Shown here: in pieces, positions 7,450-18,534 of the stretch | How positions within the stretch are numbered: position 1 is the first letter of the stretch | How the letters are laid out: each line of letters begins with the position of its first letter | NCBI RefSeq assembly: GCF_000008465.1 | Contig: NC_006512.1 | Location: 2,340,001-2,372,000 of the forward strand | Source of the DNA: Idiomarina loihiensis L2TR | GTDB taxonomy: Bacteria; Pseudomonadota; Gammaproteobacteria; Enterobacterales; Alteromonadaceae | Reading direction: 5' to 3' | Length of the DNA: 32,000 bases | The notes under the pieces: generated by a model | What the model was told of the DNA's origin: nothing | What the model saw: only the letters and a program-made list of their open reading frames with translations | Databases searched by the model: none | Made by a program: the position numbers and the translations under genes

Positions 7450-7468
7450 GAGCTACATAAGCGCCATT
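7450..7468 (+). repeat. Right copy of the 19-nt direct repeat (GAGCTACATAAGCGCCATT)
   Basis: 18/19 identity with 3884-3902. It lies 49 nt beyond the 3' end of the tRNA. Confidence 0.5.
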
Positions 7469-7474
7469 AAATTC

Positions 7475-7497
7475 AAAAAAGTTGGCGGATACTAACT
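7475..7497 (-). terminator. Weak candidate intrinsic terminator after tRNA-Ile2
   Basis: The minus-strand RNA AGUUAGUAUCCGCCAACU can form a 4-bp + mismatch + 2-bp stem with a tetraloop, followed by UUUUUU. The stem is short. Confidence 0.3.
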
Positions 7498-7516
7498 AGG
7501 TAATCTTTTAAATAAG

Positions 7517-7592
7517 TGGTGGCCCCTCCCAGATTTGAACTGGGGACCAACCGATTATGAGTCGGGTGCTCTAACCACTGAGCTAAGGGGCC
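7517..7592 (-). tRNA. ileX: tRNA-Ile2 (anticodon CAU, lysidine-dependent; minor AUA decoder), encoded CCA
   Basis: The reverse complement GGCCCCTTAGCTCAGTGGTTAGAGCACCCGACTCATAATCGGTTGGTCCCCAGTTCAAATCTGGGAGGGGCCACCA folds as a cloverleaf: acceptor GGCCCCT/AGGGGCC, D stem GCTC/GAGC, anticodon loop CTCATAA, T arm CCCAG-TTCAAAT-CTGGG. The acceptor stem and overall sequence match E. coli ileX as I recall it, rather than elongator or initiator tRNA-Met. Position 27:43 is a C-U mismatch. Confidence 0.85.
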
Positions 7593-7623
7593 ATTTTTGA
7601 TTGGAAGCTGTGAAGCGGCGCAA

Positions 7624-7652
7624 ATTATACGAACTTTTTAGGCTTTTGTCAT
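7624..7652 (-). promoter_or_regulatory. Sigma70-type promoter for tRNA-Ile2 (-35 ATGACA, 17-bp spacer, -10 TATAAT, GC-rich discriminator)
   Basis: The minus strand reads ATGACA-aaagcctaaaaagttcg-TATAAT-ttGCGCCGCttc, about 25-30 nt upstream of the mature tRNA 5' end. A GCGCC-type discriminator is typical of stringently controlled stable-RNA promoters. The promoter overlaps the stop codon of the upstream kinase-like gene. Confidence 0.5.
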
Positions 7653-9056
7653 GGGTATCAGCACGTTAAATCGTGAAGTTTTATCAACTTTTTCATAACT
7701 GATGTCGCCACCCTGGCTGTGCAGCGTGTCCCGCACTACCTTAAGGCCTATGCCATACTGTGTTGGTGACAGCTCGTCGGCGTGGAAGAGTAAATGCTTG
7801 TTTTTCTCTTCTATCCCCGTGCTTTCGTCGCTAACGGCAATTTTTATAAAGTTTTCTTCGGTGGTTGCCTGCAGCATAATTTCGGAATTTATCGGCACAA
7901 AGCTCATTATATGGCGTATTAAGTAGTCCATTGCAAAGCGCACAAGTAAGGGGTCAGCCTCTAGCTTCAGCCCTTTTTCTGCTATGGCGGTTAACGTAAT
8001 ATCTTTTTCGTTACCATGGCCTTCGTGGTAGTCGGCCAGATTATGCAGAAAGTCTTCTACATCCATTGAAACGGCTTTGCCATTGCCCATTTCTGAGGTG
8101 ACTTTTTCAAACGAATTAAACAGCTCGGTTAGCTGCGAAACCTTGTGCTTAATGTCGTCTTCACTCATTTTTGAGAGCTTGCGCTGCATGTCTTCCAGGT
8201 CAGCTAATGCCAGCGCTGTCATAGAGCGGGCAATGCGCCCCACCAGGGTTTTCTGGTTAGCCATAATCACTTTGTTCATCTGCTGGCTAAGCTCACGCTC
8301 TTTGGCCTGAATTTTCTGACGCGCCTGATACAGCAACAGCAATAATGGCTGTATTTCTGGTATTTCGGTGGTAACGGTAACGGCCTGAGAACTGTCTTCA
8401 GCCTGCGCCACAATGCGGTCACGTTCAGAGTGCCAGTTGCGGTTAAATACCGACTCGCACACCACCAGTATGCCGCCAATAATGGCAAGCAACACAAAGA
8501 GTACGCTTACAATAATAGAAAAGTCGGGCGGTACCAGCTGCACTTCTTTTTTTAGCCAAATGCCCAGGTTGTAATGGTTTGTCTCGGGGCAAGCAGCGAC
8601 TACTGCCGCGACCCGGTCATTCGACTGTACCGAAACCACCTCGCGCTGCTGCTCTAACGAGCGCTGTACTGCAGAACGAACAATAGGAACATCGTCATTA
8701 CTAATGCCAATTTCCGAGGCGCTACTGCCGCTGGTAGGGAATGCAAAGCCCATAAAACCTTGGGCTGTGTGCCAGAAGCCACCTTTAACACCCTTAGTGT
8801 CGCCTATAGCGTCGCTGAGTGCCTGATGCATTAAGTCGGGGTTGGCCACTTGTTGCTGCGGTGATTCAGAAGCAGGGAAAAGGCTATTTACCGCTAACTG
8901 CACATTCTGGCAGGAACGACTCATGGCATTTTGGTTGCGCTGCAGAGTTTCACTTGCCGAGAACCAGAACGCAACTAACAAACCGCCGACAGCTACTGCA
9001 ATTATGGCAATAGCTAACCAGCGGTTATGTTTAGTGTGAGATGAGAGAGACTGCAC
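7638..9056 (-). CDS. Membrane sensor histidine-kinase-like protein with degenerate catalytic motifs (NarX/HisKA_3-like)
   Basis: 472 aa. TM1 is 'WLAIAIIAVAVGGLLVAFWF', followed by a ~160-aa periplasmic segment and TM2 'IIVSVLFVLLAIIGGILVV'. Next come a coiled coil and a GHKL-like C-terminus with G1 'VSDESTGI' and G2 'YGIGLKVVRDTLHSQGGDI'. The H-box position reads 'RIARSMTALALADL' where the family has RIARELHDxxxQxL. Confidence 0.6.
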   Translation of the reverse strand: MQSLSSHTKHNRWLAIAIIAVAVGGLLVAFWFSASETLQRNQNAMSRSCQNVQLAVNSLFPASESPQQQVANPDLMHQALSDAIGDTKGVKGGFWHTAQGFMGFAFPTSGSSASEIGISNDDVPIVRSAVQRSLEQQREVVSVQSNDRVAAVVAACPETNHYNLGIWLKKEVQLVPPDFSIIVSVLFVLLAIIGGILVVCESVFNRNWHSERDRIVAQAEDSSQAVTVTTEIPEIQPLLLLLYQARQKIQAKERELSQQMNKVIMANQKTLVGRIARSMTALALADLEDMQRKLSKMSEDDIKHKVSQLTELFNSFEKVTSEMGNGKAVSMDVEDFLHNLADYHEGHGNEKDITLTAIAEKGLKLEADPLLVRFAMDYLIRHIMSFVPINSEIMLQATTEENFIKIAVSDESTGIEEKNKHLLFHADELSPTQYGIGLKVVRDTLHSQGGDISYEKVDKTSRFNVLIPMTKA

Positions 9057-9074
9057 TTACCTCACTCTCTGTTT

Positions 9075-9884
9075 CTAAGGTAAATTGTAAAAGCTGCGGG
9101 CATTTTGATAAAAAACTTTATCAACGGCCTCTTCGCTATCCAGAGCATTCACAATATTAGTGATGTCTGAAGGCTCGAATGAACGGTTACTACGCGTGCC
9201 TGGTAAATCGGTGCCAAACATCAACGCGTCCGGGTTCGTTTCATTCAGGGTTTTAATCGCCTCTTCAATATTCACTTCAGTACGACCAAAACCACTGGCT
9301 TTAATTTTTACGCCACCTTCGGCTAAACGACGAACCTGAGACAGGCCAGACTTCGCCATACCTAAGTGGTCGACACTGAGTTTCGGCAATTTAAGCAGAG
9401 TAGGAACCATGTCGTCCAGCTCGCGGCTGTCAACATAGATTTCCAAATGCCATCCGGCTAAGTCCCAAATGCGCTTACCAAAATCAACAATACCTTCAAT
9501 ATCACGATGTACACCGCGCTTTAAATTAACGCGCACACCGCGAATGCCGTGCTCTTTCAACTGCTGAATTTTTTCATCGCTAACAGTTCCCGGCAACTGG
9601 GTAACACCCACAAAATTGTTGCCCAGGTTTTCCAGCGCGGCTTTCAGGTAGCGCTGTTCAAAACCCTGGAACGAACCTGACACAATGACTCCGCCTTCAA
9701 TAGGCATGCCACGTACCAGGTTACGATAGTCATCAATGTAAAAAGGCTCAGGGATATGACCTTGGTTTTCAATTAGCGGAAACTCGTCATCATAAATGTG
9801 TAAATGCGAGTCAATAATACGTTTCGGCCAATTGTCACGGTTGTTACCCATGCTGCCTCCTTTGTCAGAGAATATCTTACTCAT
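9075..9884 (-). CDS. Amidohydrolase_2-family (TIM-barrel metal-dependent) hydrolase
   Basis: 269 aa. '[10 protein letters not shown]', 'SVDHLGMA' and 'MFGTDLPG' match the PF04909 metal-ligand pattern. The ATG at 9884 overlaps the rpoD stop codon (GATGAGTAA). An alternative start is the Met at 9851. Confidence 0.75.
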   Translation of the reverse strand: MSKIFSDKGGSMGNNRDNWPKRIIDSHLHIYDDEFPLIENQGHIPEPFYIDDYRNLVRGMPIEGGVIVSGSFQGFEQRYLKAALENLGNNFVGVTQLPGTVSDEKIQQLKEHGIRGVRVNLKRGVHRDIEGIVDFGKRIWDLAGWHLEIYVDSRELDDMVPTLLKLPKLSVDHLGMAKSGLSQVRRLAEGGVKIKASGFGRTEVNIEEAIKTLNETNPDALMFGTDLPGTRSNRSFEPSDITNIVNALDSEEAVDKVFYQNARSFYNLP

Positions 9885-11706
9885 CCAAGAACGATTTAAG
9901 CTGCTCTGAGCGGCTTGGATGGCGAAGCTTTCTTAATGCTTTGGCTTCAATTTGACGGATTCGTTCACGCGTCACATCAAACTGCTTGCCCACTTCTTCT
10001 AAAGTATGGTCGGTATTCATATCAATACCAAAGCGCATACGCAATACTTTCGCTTCACGTGCCGTTAAACCACCCAGTACATCGCGAACCGAGTTACGCA
10101 GGCTTTCTGATGTTGCCGAGTCAATTGGCAAGTCCAGCGTGTTGTCTTCAATAAAGTCACCCAGATGCGAATCTTCATCGTCGCCAATTGGGGTTTCCAT
10201 TGAAATAGGTTCTTTCGCTATTTTCAGTACTTTGCGAATTTTGTCTTCCGGCATCATCATGCGCTCTGCCAGTTCTTCCGGCAGTGGCTCGCGACCCATT
10301 TCCTGCAACATTTGGCGAGAAATACGGTTCAGCTTATTGATGGTTTCAATCATATGAACCGGGATACGAATAGTACGTGCCTGGTCCGCAATTGAACGGG
10401 TAATTGCCTGACGGATCCACCAAGTCGCATAAGTTGAGAACTTATAACCACGGCGGTATTCGAATTTGTCCACGGCTTTCATCAAACCAATGTTACCTTC
10501 CTGAATTAAGTCCAGGAACTGTAAACCACGGTTGGTGTATTTTTTAGCAATAGAGATAACCAAACGCAGGTTAGCTTCAACCATTTCTTTTTTCGCACGA
10601 CGCGCTTTGGCTTCGCCAATGGACATGCGACGGTTAATTTCTTTAACTTTACCAATGGTTAAGCCAGTTTCGCGTTCTACGTCAACCAGCTTGTTTACGC
10701 AGCGTTCAATTTCGCCGCGAACTTCTTTCAATGTGTCGGAGTAGCTTGCACCAGAGTCAATTTCTTTATCAACCCAGGCCATGTTGTTTTCATGGGTGGC
10801 AAAAGCTTTCATGAAGTTGCGTTTAGGCATTTCGCCCTGTTCAACGCTTATCTTCATAATAATACGTTCCTGCACACGGACACGCTGCATCATGGCACGC
10901 ATGTCTTTAACCAAACGGTCAAATTGCTTAGGAACCAAACGGAACTGTTTGAATAAGTCGCTTAACTTGTCGATTTCAACACGAGCACCTGCACCATCAC
11001 GACCATGCTTAGCAATGGCCTGACGTGTAGCTTCGTATTGTTCGCGCAGTGCATTAAATTTGCTGCGTGCGAATTCCGGATCAATACCGGTATCCGCTTC
11101 TTCCTCGTCTTCGTCATCATCGTCGTCTGATTTTTCCAGCTCTTCGCTTGGAAGTTCAGAACCAACGTTAGTAGCAGCTACAGGCGCTTCGTCTACTTCG
11201 TCTGGGTCGATGAATCCGGAAATAATGTCGGTTAAGCGCAGCTCTTCGGCTTCGTAGGAGTCCCACTGCTCAAGCAAGAAGTTAATGGCTTCCGGGTACT
11301 CAGCAACAGAGCACTGAACCTGGTTAATGCCTTCTTCAATACGCTTGGCAATATCAATTTCGCCTTCACGAGTCAGTAGCTCAACGGTACCCATTTCACG
11401 CATGTACATGCGCACTGGGTCAGTTGTGCGACCAATTTCGCCATCGACAGAGGCTAATGCTTGCGCGGCTTCTTCGGCAGCGTCTTCATCTGCAGCACTT
11501 TCTGCCATCATCAGATCATCGGCATCGGGTGCGCTTTCAAACACGCGAATACCCATGTCGTTGATCATGCGAATAATGTCTTCAACCTGATCGGAATCAA
11601 CAATTTCCTGAGGTAAATGGTCATTGACCTCAGCAAATGTCAAAAACCCTTGTTCTTTGCCTTTCGCAATAAGGACCTTAAGTTGCGATTGCCGATTCTG
11701 CTGCAT
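9877..11706 (-). CDS. rpoD: RNA polymerase sigma factor RpoD (sigma70)
   Basis: 609 aa. It has the acidic region 1.1/non-conserved domain, region 2 '[32 protein letters not shown]' and region 4 '[30 protein letters not shown]'. Confidence 0.97.
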   Translation of the reverse strand: MQQNRQSQLKVLIAKGKEQGFLTFAEVNDHLPQEIVDSDQVEDIIRMINDMGIRVFESAPDADDLMMAESAADEDAAEEAAQALASVDGEIGRTTDPVRMYMREMGTVELLTREGEIDIAKRIEEGINQVQCSVAEYPEAINFLLEQWDSYEAEELRLTDIISGFIDPDEVDEAPVAATNVGSELPSEELEKSDDDDDEDEEEADTGIDPEFARSKFNALREQYEATRQAIAKHGRDGAGARVEIDKLSDLFKQFRLVPKQFDRLVKDMRAMMQRVRVQERIIMKISVEQGEMPKRNFMKAFATHENNMAWVDKEIDSGASYSDTLKEVRGEIERCVNKLVDVERETGLTIGKVKEINRRMSIGEAKARRAKKEMVEANLRLVISIAKKYTNRGLQFLDLIQEGNIGLMKAVDKFEYRRGYKFSTYATWWIRQAITRSIADQARTIRIPVHMIETINKLNRISRQMLQEMGREPLPEELAERMMMPEDKIRKVLKIAKEPISMETPIGDDEDSHLGDFIEDNTLDLPIDSATSESLRNSVRDVLGGLTAREAKVLRMRFGIDMNTDHTLEEVGKQFDVTRERIRQIEAKALRKLRHPSRSEQLKSFLDE

Positions 11707-11808
11707 ACAGACGTTCCACCTGTGACTGTGAATGTAGAGTATCCAAAATGACCAAATAGTATATCAGAATACTGATTTTGAAGCTAGCGTAAGGCGTACC
11801 CAGATGTA

Positions 11809-13554
11809 CTATCTTGCCTTACTCAAATACTGAATCAGCGTCTGATATTCCTGACGCTCAACTCGTGTTAATGCGCCTTCCTGCTCTTTCTTTAAAAGTG
11901 CGTTCGCGCGCTGCTCAAAATATTGGTCAATTAGATAAATAAATATATCGTTAAATTCTTGCTCAACGTTGTCTTCGTCAAGCTGATGTTGCCATAACGC
12001 GAGTTTCTGCAAAGGCTGGTAATACTCAGTATCGCGCCAGCCTTCTAACACCTGCGCCGTGGTCATTTGGCGTTCTGCACACTGCTTGTGCAAAGCAATA
12101 AGTAAATCAATGCCGCTAACCTGTAGCTCTCGCAGTTCTTCACGAACCGGAACCGATTGCGCCAGTTGCGGGTATTGCAATAACAAAGCAATGGCCTTGC
12201 GTAACGGCGTCATTTTTACGCTTTCTTTTGGTCGCGACTGACGTTGCGGCTTTTCAAACTGACGTTCCAGTTGCGACGTTTCGCGGCGAAGCTTTTCTGC
12301 TAAACGCTGCATTAAGGTGTCGCGATAATATTCACTCGCCACTTTCTCAATTAAGGGTTTCGCAATATTCAGTAATTGCGAGCGTCCGGCGTCGCTACTA
12401 ACGTCAATATCGGCCTGTAAATGCTCGAAGAAATATTCAGTGAATGGTGTCGCCTTTTTTAATTCACGCTCAAAGGCTTCGGCACCGTGCTCGCGCACAA
12501 CTGAATCTGGGTCTTCGCCTTCCGGCAAGAACAGAAACGCCATATCCAGGCCATCGCGCAACAGTGGCAAGGCATTTTCTAATGCACGCCAGGCGGCGTC
12601 GCGGCCTGCGCGGTCACCGTCGTAACAACAAACAATTCTGCCACTAGTACGGAATAAACGCTGTAATTGTTCACTGGTAGTAGCCGTACCCAAAGACGCA
12701 ACGGCGTAGTGAATGCCTGCTTCGGACAAAGCCACCACGTCCATATAGCCTTCGACAATACAAACCTGTTCTGGTTTCCTTACGGCCTGTTGCATATGCC
12801 AGTAACCGTATAGCTCACTGCCTTTGTGAAACAGGCGGGTTTCCGGAGAGTTTAAGTACTTAGGTCCGTCGCCATCAATAATGCGACCACCAAAGCCCAC
12901 CACCCGGCCACGCCGGTCATGAATAGGAAACATGACCCGGTCACGAAAAAAGTCGTAATGCCGGCCTTTCTCGTTACGGTTAATAAGCTTTAATTCCAGT
13001 AACTGCTGGCGTTGCGGGGCCGAGCTGCCAAATGTGCTTAGCAGGCCGTCCCAGGCGTCGGGTGCATAGCCAATTTGAAAACGTTTTACCGTTTCGCCGC
13101 TTAAACCCCGACCTTTTAAGTAGTCTATAACCCGATTTGAGTTTTCATGGTGCTTTAACTGATGCTGGAAAAAACGAGCTGTTTTACTCATAAGCTCCGA
13201 GTCGTCCTGCATCTGTTGCTGTTTCTTTTGTGCTAACTGAGGGTTCTCCGGTTGTTCCCGCGGAACCTCAACTCCCATAATGCCGGCCAGTTCTTCCACC
13301 GCATCGGGGAAGTTTAAACCGTCAAATTCCATTAGAAAATCAATAGCGTTACCGTGCTCCCCACAGCCAAAGCAATGGTAAAACTGCTTGTCCTGGCTAA
13401 CGGTAAACGACGGCGTTTTCTCATTATGGAACGGGCAACAGGCCTGATGGTTTCTACCGGCCTTTTTCAACGGTACGCGGCTATCAACTATTTCAACAAT
13501 GTCTGCTCGTTCGAGCAAATCATGGATAAAGCTTTTGGGGATCAGGCCTGCCAT
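11809..13554 (-). CDS. dnaG: DNA primase DnaG
   Basis: 581 aa. It has the zinc ribbon 'CCPFHNEKTPSFTVSQDKQFYHCFGCGEHGNAIDFLM' and the TOPRIM region 'IVEGYMDVVAL...CYDGDRAGRDAAWR'. It lies between rpsU and rpoD, as in the macromolecular synthesis operon. Confidence 0.97.
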   Translation of the reverse strand: MAGLIPKSFIHDLLERADIVEIVDSRVPLKKAGRNHQACCPFHNEKTPSFTVSQDKQFYHCFGCGEHGNAIDFLMEFDGLNFPDAVEELAGIMGVEVPREQPENPQLAQKKQQQMQDDSELMSKTARFFQHQLKHHENSNRVIDYLKGRGLSGETVKRFQIGYAPDAWDGLLSTFGSSAPQRQQLLELKLINRNEKGRHYDFFRDRVMFPIHDRRGRVVGFGGRIIDGDGPKYLNSPETRLFHKGSELYGYWHMQQAVRKPEQVCIVEGYMDVVALSEAGIHYAVASLGTATTSEQLQRLFRTSGRIVCCYDGDRAGRDAAWRALENALPLLRDGLDMAFLFLPEGEDPDSVVREHGAEAFERELKKATPFTEYFFEHLQADIDVSSDAGRSQLLNIAKPLIEKVASEYYRDTLMQRLAEKLRRETSQLERQFEKPQRQSRPKESVKMTPLRKAIALLLQYPQLAQSVPVREELRELQVSGIDLLIALHKQCAERQMTTAQVLEGWRDTEYYQPLQKLALWQHQLDEDNVEQEFNDIFIYLIDQYFEQRANALLKKEQEGALTRVERQEYQTLIQYLSKAR

Positions 13555-13617
13555 ATTGTTTCAATACCGAAGTTGCGAAAACAAGAAAGTTGCGAAAACA
13601 AAAAGTAGCAGAAACAC

Positions 13618-13647
13618 GAAAGCCGCGACGATATAGTCACGGCTTTC
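13618..13647 (-). terminator. Hairpin between rpsU and dnaG (candidate partial terminator/attenuator)
   Basis: GAAAGCCG/CGGCTTTC forms an 8-bp stem, extended after one mismatch by GAC/GTC, with a 6-nt loop. It is followed on the minus strand by GUGUUUCUGC. The position corresponds to the internal terminator known between rpsU and dnaG in E. coli. Confidence 0.45.
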
Positions 13648-13693
13648 AGCACTTTACGGAAAAGTGAACACTCAAATTGTCGTAGGTATGGTC

Positions 13694-13909
13694 TTAGTAA
13701 AGACGAGTACGACGAGCGTTATCACGAGACAGTTTTTTCGCGTGACGCTTTACCGCAGCAGCTTTCTTGCGCTTACGCTCTGAAGTCGGCTTTTCATAGT
13801 GCTCGCGACGACGAACTTCAGAGAGAACACCTGCTTTTTCACAAGAGCGCTTAAAGCGACGCAAAGCTACGTCAAACGGCTCGTTTTCTTTCACTTTAAC
13901 GACTGGCAT
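13694..13909 (-). CDS. rpsU: 30S ribosomal protein S21
   Basis: The 71-aa '[42 protein letters not shown]' is near-identical to enterobacterial S21. A GAGGTGA Shine-Dalgarno lies upstream. Confidence 0.97.
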   Translation of the reverse strand: MPVVKVKENEPFDVALRRFKRSCEKAGVLSEVRRREHYEKPTSERKRKKAAAVKRHAKKLSRDNARRTRLY

Positions 13910-13965
13910 TAAAAAATCACCTCGGGTAAATTATCTGTTTCGGTTAAAAATTAACCACTACGGGT

Positions 13966-14766
13966 TCAATTGGTGCTGAATTGTACCGACTCAGATTCGC
14001 CTTGTAAAGTGTTATCCGAAGCATCCCATCCAGGGTCATTATCGCTAAGCAGTTCGCGGACTGGCGTAGAGTGAAGGAAAAGCTTACTGACTAAATCCTG
14101 TAAATTATTTGGTTTTTCTTTGTACGACAAACCGAGTTGCCATAACTGCGGGCCGACCGACCGAATACTTCGGGTTATCAGTTGCTGAAGCAAAATGGTT
14201 TCGTCGTCTGTTTTGACTCTGACTTCAGCTTCTAAACCTCTGCTGTCCTCGATATTAACCGGCGAGGTGCCAAAGTAATTAAATGCGATACCTTTATTGG
14301 AAATATCCACAATTTTACCGGTAAGAGGCTCACCGAGTTTATCTTTTAGCTGCAGCTGGAGTCTTGCATCGCAATTTACGCCAACCCTTGGTGACGACCG
14401 CAGAATTTCCACACTGGCATTTCTGGGGTAACTGACAAACAAAAGTTTTTGTGGGTATTGGGTAATGTGGAGAATGTCGACCACGCCGGTTACCTGCTCG
14501 CCTTTCGGAGAGACCGTTTTTATTGCAACATTCTTTTCTGTAGCCAGCATTGGCAAGATATCTTGCCAGCAATACTGTCTGGAAAGTTCCAGAATAAGAT
14601 AATCAGGATGCTGTTGACCCACTAGCGTCATATTTAAGCGTTTATAGCTCTGCTTATCTTTAATCTGGACTTCGACGGACTGCCTGAATCCACTGTTTGC
14701 CAAAACATCGCTGTTCTCCCGCATCAGTGTTAACCCCTGCTTTATTATTTTTATGAAACTCATCAT
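13966..14766 (-). CDS. PilZ-domain c-di-GMP-binding protein (YcgR-like two-domain layout)
   Basis: 266 aa. It has the RxxxR motif 'LRSSPRV' followed by D-x-S-x-x-G 'VDISNKGIAF', the two PilZ c-di-GMP-binding signatures. About 120 aa of N-terminal domain precede them. Confidence 0.7.
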   Translation of the reverse strand: MMSFIKIIKQGLTLMRENSDVLANSGFRQSVEVQIKDKQSYKRLNMTLVGQQHPDYLILELSRQYCWQDILPMLATEKNVAIKTVSPKGEQVTGVVDILHITQYPQKLLFVSYPRNASVEILRSSPRVGVNCDARLQLQLKDKLGEPLTGKIVDISNKGIAFNYFGTSPVNIEDSRGLEAEVRVKTDDETILLQQLITRSIRSVGPQLWQLGLSYKEKPNNLQDLVSKLFLHSTPVRELLSDNDPGWDASDNTLQGESESVQFSTN

Positions 14767-14925
14767 AGCTTATATCTAAGGTTTTTTAAGCCACAGACTA
14801 ATTATTTTTGTTTGATGTCAATTGACGTCATTTAATGCATACACTGTAAGCTCTTCCTCAAAACCTGTTGTTTGGTGTTTGTCATCGTTAGACTGGATTT
14901 GAGCTTAAGTAGTAAGGATACGAGT

Positions 14926-17366
<2,441 letters not shown>

Positions 17367-17385
17367 TCACTTCAGTGTATTAAGT

Positions 17386-18441
17386 TTAGCGCTGTAACAG
17401 CATGGCGTCGCCGTAGCTAAAAAAGCGATAGCGCTCTTTAATGGCTTCATTATAAGCCTTCATAATTAAATCACGACCAACAAATGCCGAAACCAGCATA
17501 ATGAGCGTGGACTCGGGCAGGTGAAAGTTGGTTATCATGCTATCGACCACTTTAAATTCATAACCCGGATAAATAAAAATATTGGTGTCATCAAAAAACG
17601 GTTCAATGCTTTCATTAGTTGATGCCTGAGCGGCCGATTCCAGCGAACGAACCGAGGTTGTGCCTACAGCAATAACCCGGCCACCCGAGGCTTTGGTCTG
17701 CTTAATGGCATTGCAGGTTTCAGCACTGACTTTCGCGTATTCGCTGTGCATAACATGGTCGTTAATGTCTTCCACTCGCACCGGCTGGAAGGTTCCGGCG
17801 CCTACGTGCAGGGTAACATAGGCAGAGTTCACGCCTTTATCGCGCAGCTGTTGCAGTATTTCGTCGTCAAAATGCAGACCGGCAGTAGGGGCAGCAACGG
17901 CACCCGGCTCGCGGTTATAAACGGTTTGGTAACGCTCTTTATCAGAGCTTTCATCCGGACGGTCAATGTACGGCGGCAAAGGCATATGCCCGTATTGCTC
18001 AAGCAGTTCCAGCACGGTTTCATCGTGTTCAAACTTCAGTTCAAAGAGTGCGTCGTGGCGCGCCAGCATCGTTATCTTTACGTGACCTTCCAACAGCAAT
18101 TCAGCACCCGCTTTGGGAGCGCGGTTAGCACGGACATGCGCAAGCACCCTATGGTCATCCAGTAGGCGCTCGACCAGAACCTCGACTTTACCACCGGACA
18201 CTTTTTCGCCCAGCAAACGCGCAGGAATAACCCGGGTGTCATTAAACACCAACAAGTCACCGGCGTTTATCTCATCCACAATATTTTTAAAGTGTTTATG
18301 CTCAATGCTGTTTTCATTGGCTTTTACCGAGAGCAACCTACTGGCACTACGTTGCTCCTGCGGATAGCGGGCAATAAGCTCATCGGGTAGCTCAAATGAA
18401 AAGTCACTGACTTTTAAAGTAGAATGATTGGTATCTGACAT
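17386..18441 (-). CDS. queA: S-adenosylmethionine:tRNA ribosyltransferase-isomerase
   Basis: 351 aa. '[19 protein letters not shown]', '[21 protein letters not shown]' and '[18 protein letters not shown]' match QueA. It sits upstream of tgt, as in many gammaproteobacteria. Confidence 0.97.
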   Translation of the reverse strand: MSDTNHSTLKVSDFSFELPDELIARYPQEQRSASRLLSVKANENSIEHKHFKNIVDEINAGDLLVFNDTRVIPARLLGEKVSGGKVEVLVERLLDDHRVLAHVRANRAPKAGAELLLEGHVKITMLARHDALFELKFEHDETVLELLEQYGHMPLPPYIDRPDESSDKERYQTVYNREPGAVAAPTAGLHFDDEILQQLRDKGVNSAYVTLHVGAGTFQPVRVEDINDHVMHSEYAKVSAETCNAIKQTKASGGRVIAVGTTSVRSLESAAQASTNESIEPFFDDTNIFIYPGYEFKVVDSMITNFHLPESTLIMLVSAFVGRDLIMKAYNEAIKERYRFFSYGDAMLLQR

Positions 18442-18493
18442 ATCCGTGCTGTAATTGCGAGATGTAGTGAAGCGCGGATTTTACTGGAAAGTA

Positions 18494-18520
18494 GGCAGCC
18501 TGTCACTGTTGCAGGCTGCC
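18494..18520 (-). terminator. Candidate terminator hairpin downstream of pitA
   Basis: GGCAGCCTG-tcactgttg-CAGGCTGCC forms a perfect 9-bp GC-rich stem 15 nt after the pitA stop codon. The trailing U-tract on the minus strand is weak (UACUUUCC). Confidence 0.5.
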
Positions 18521-18534
18521 CGTTTATCGCAAGT

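Larger units (their letters stand above)
3884..7468. mobile_element. Putative integrase-less genomic islet next to tRNA-Ile2, bounded by 18/19-nt direct repeats
   Basis: Flanking direct repeats; location at the 3' side of a tRNA; the four internal genes are about 32% G+C in hand-counted lines versus about 45-47% in flanks. No recombinase gene is present. The left ~300 bp (3903-4186) is not AT-rich, so the boundaries are tentative. Confidence 0.4.

Noticed and set aside
9915-11590. Several plus-strand ORFs antisense to rpoD, including a poly-Ser ORF at 11060-11257
   Set aside because: They lie entirely inside a very well supported rpoD frame. The Ser-rich translation is simply the mirror of the GAT/GAA-rich acidic region. 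They have no RBS and no recognisable motifs.
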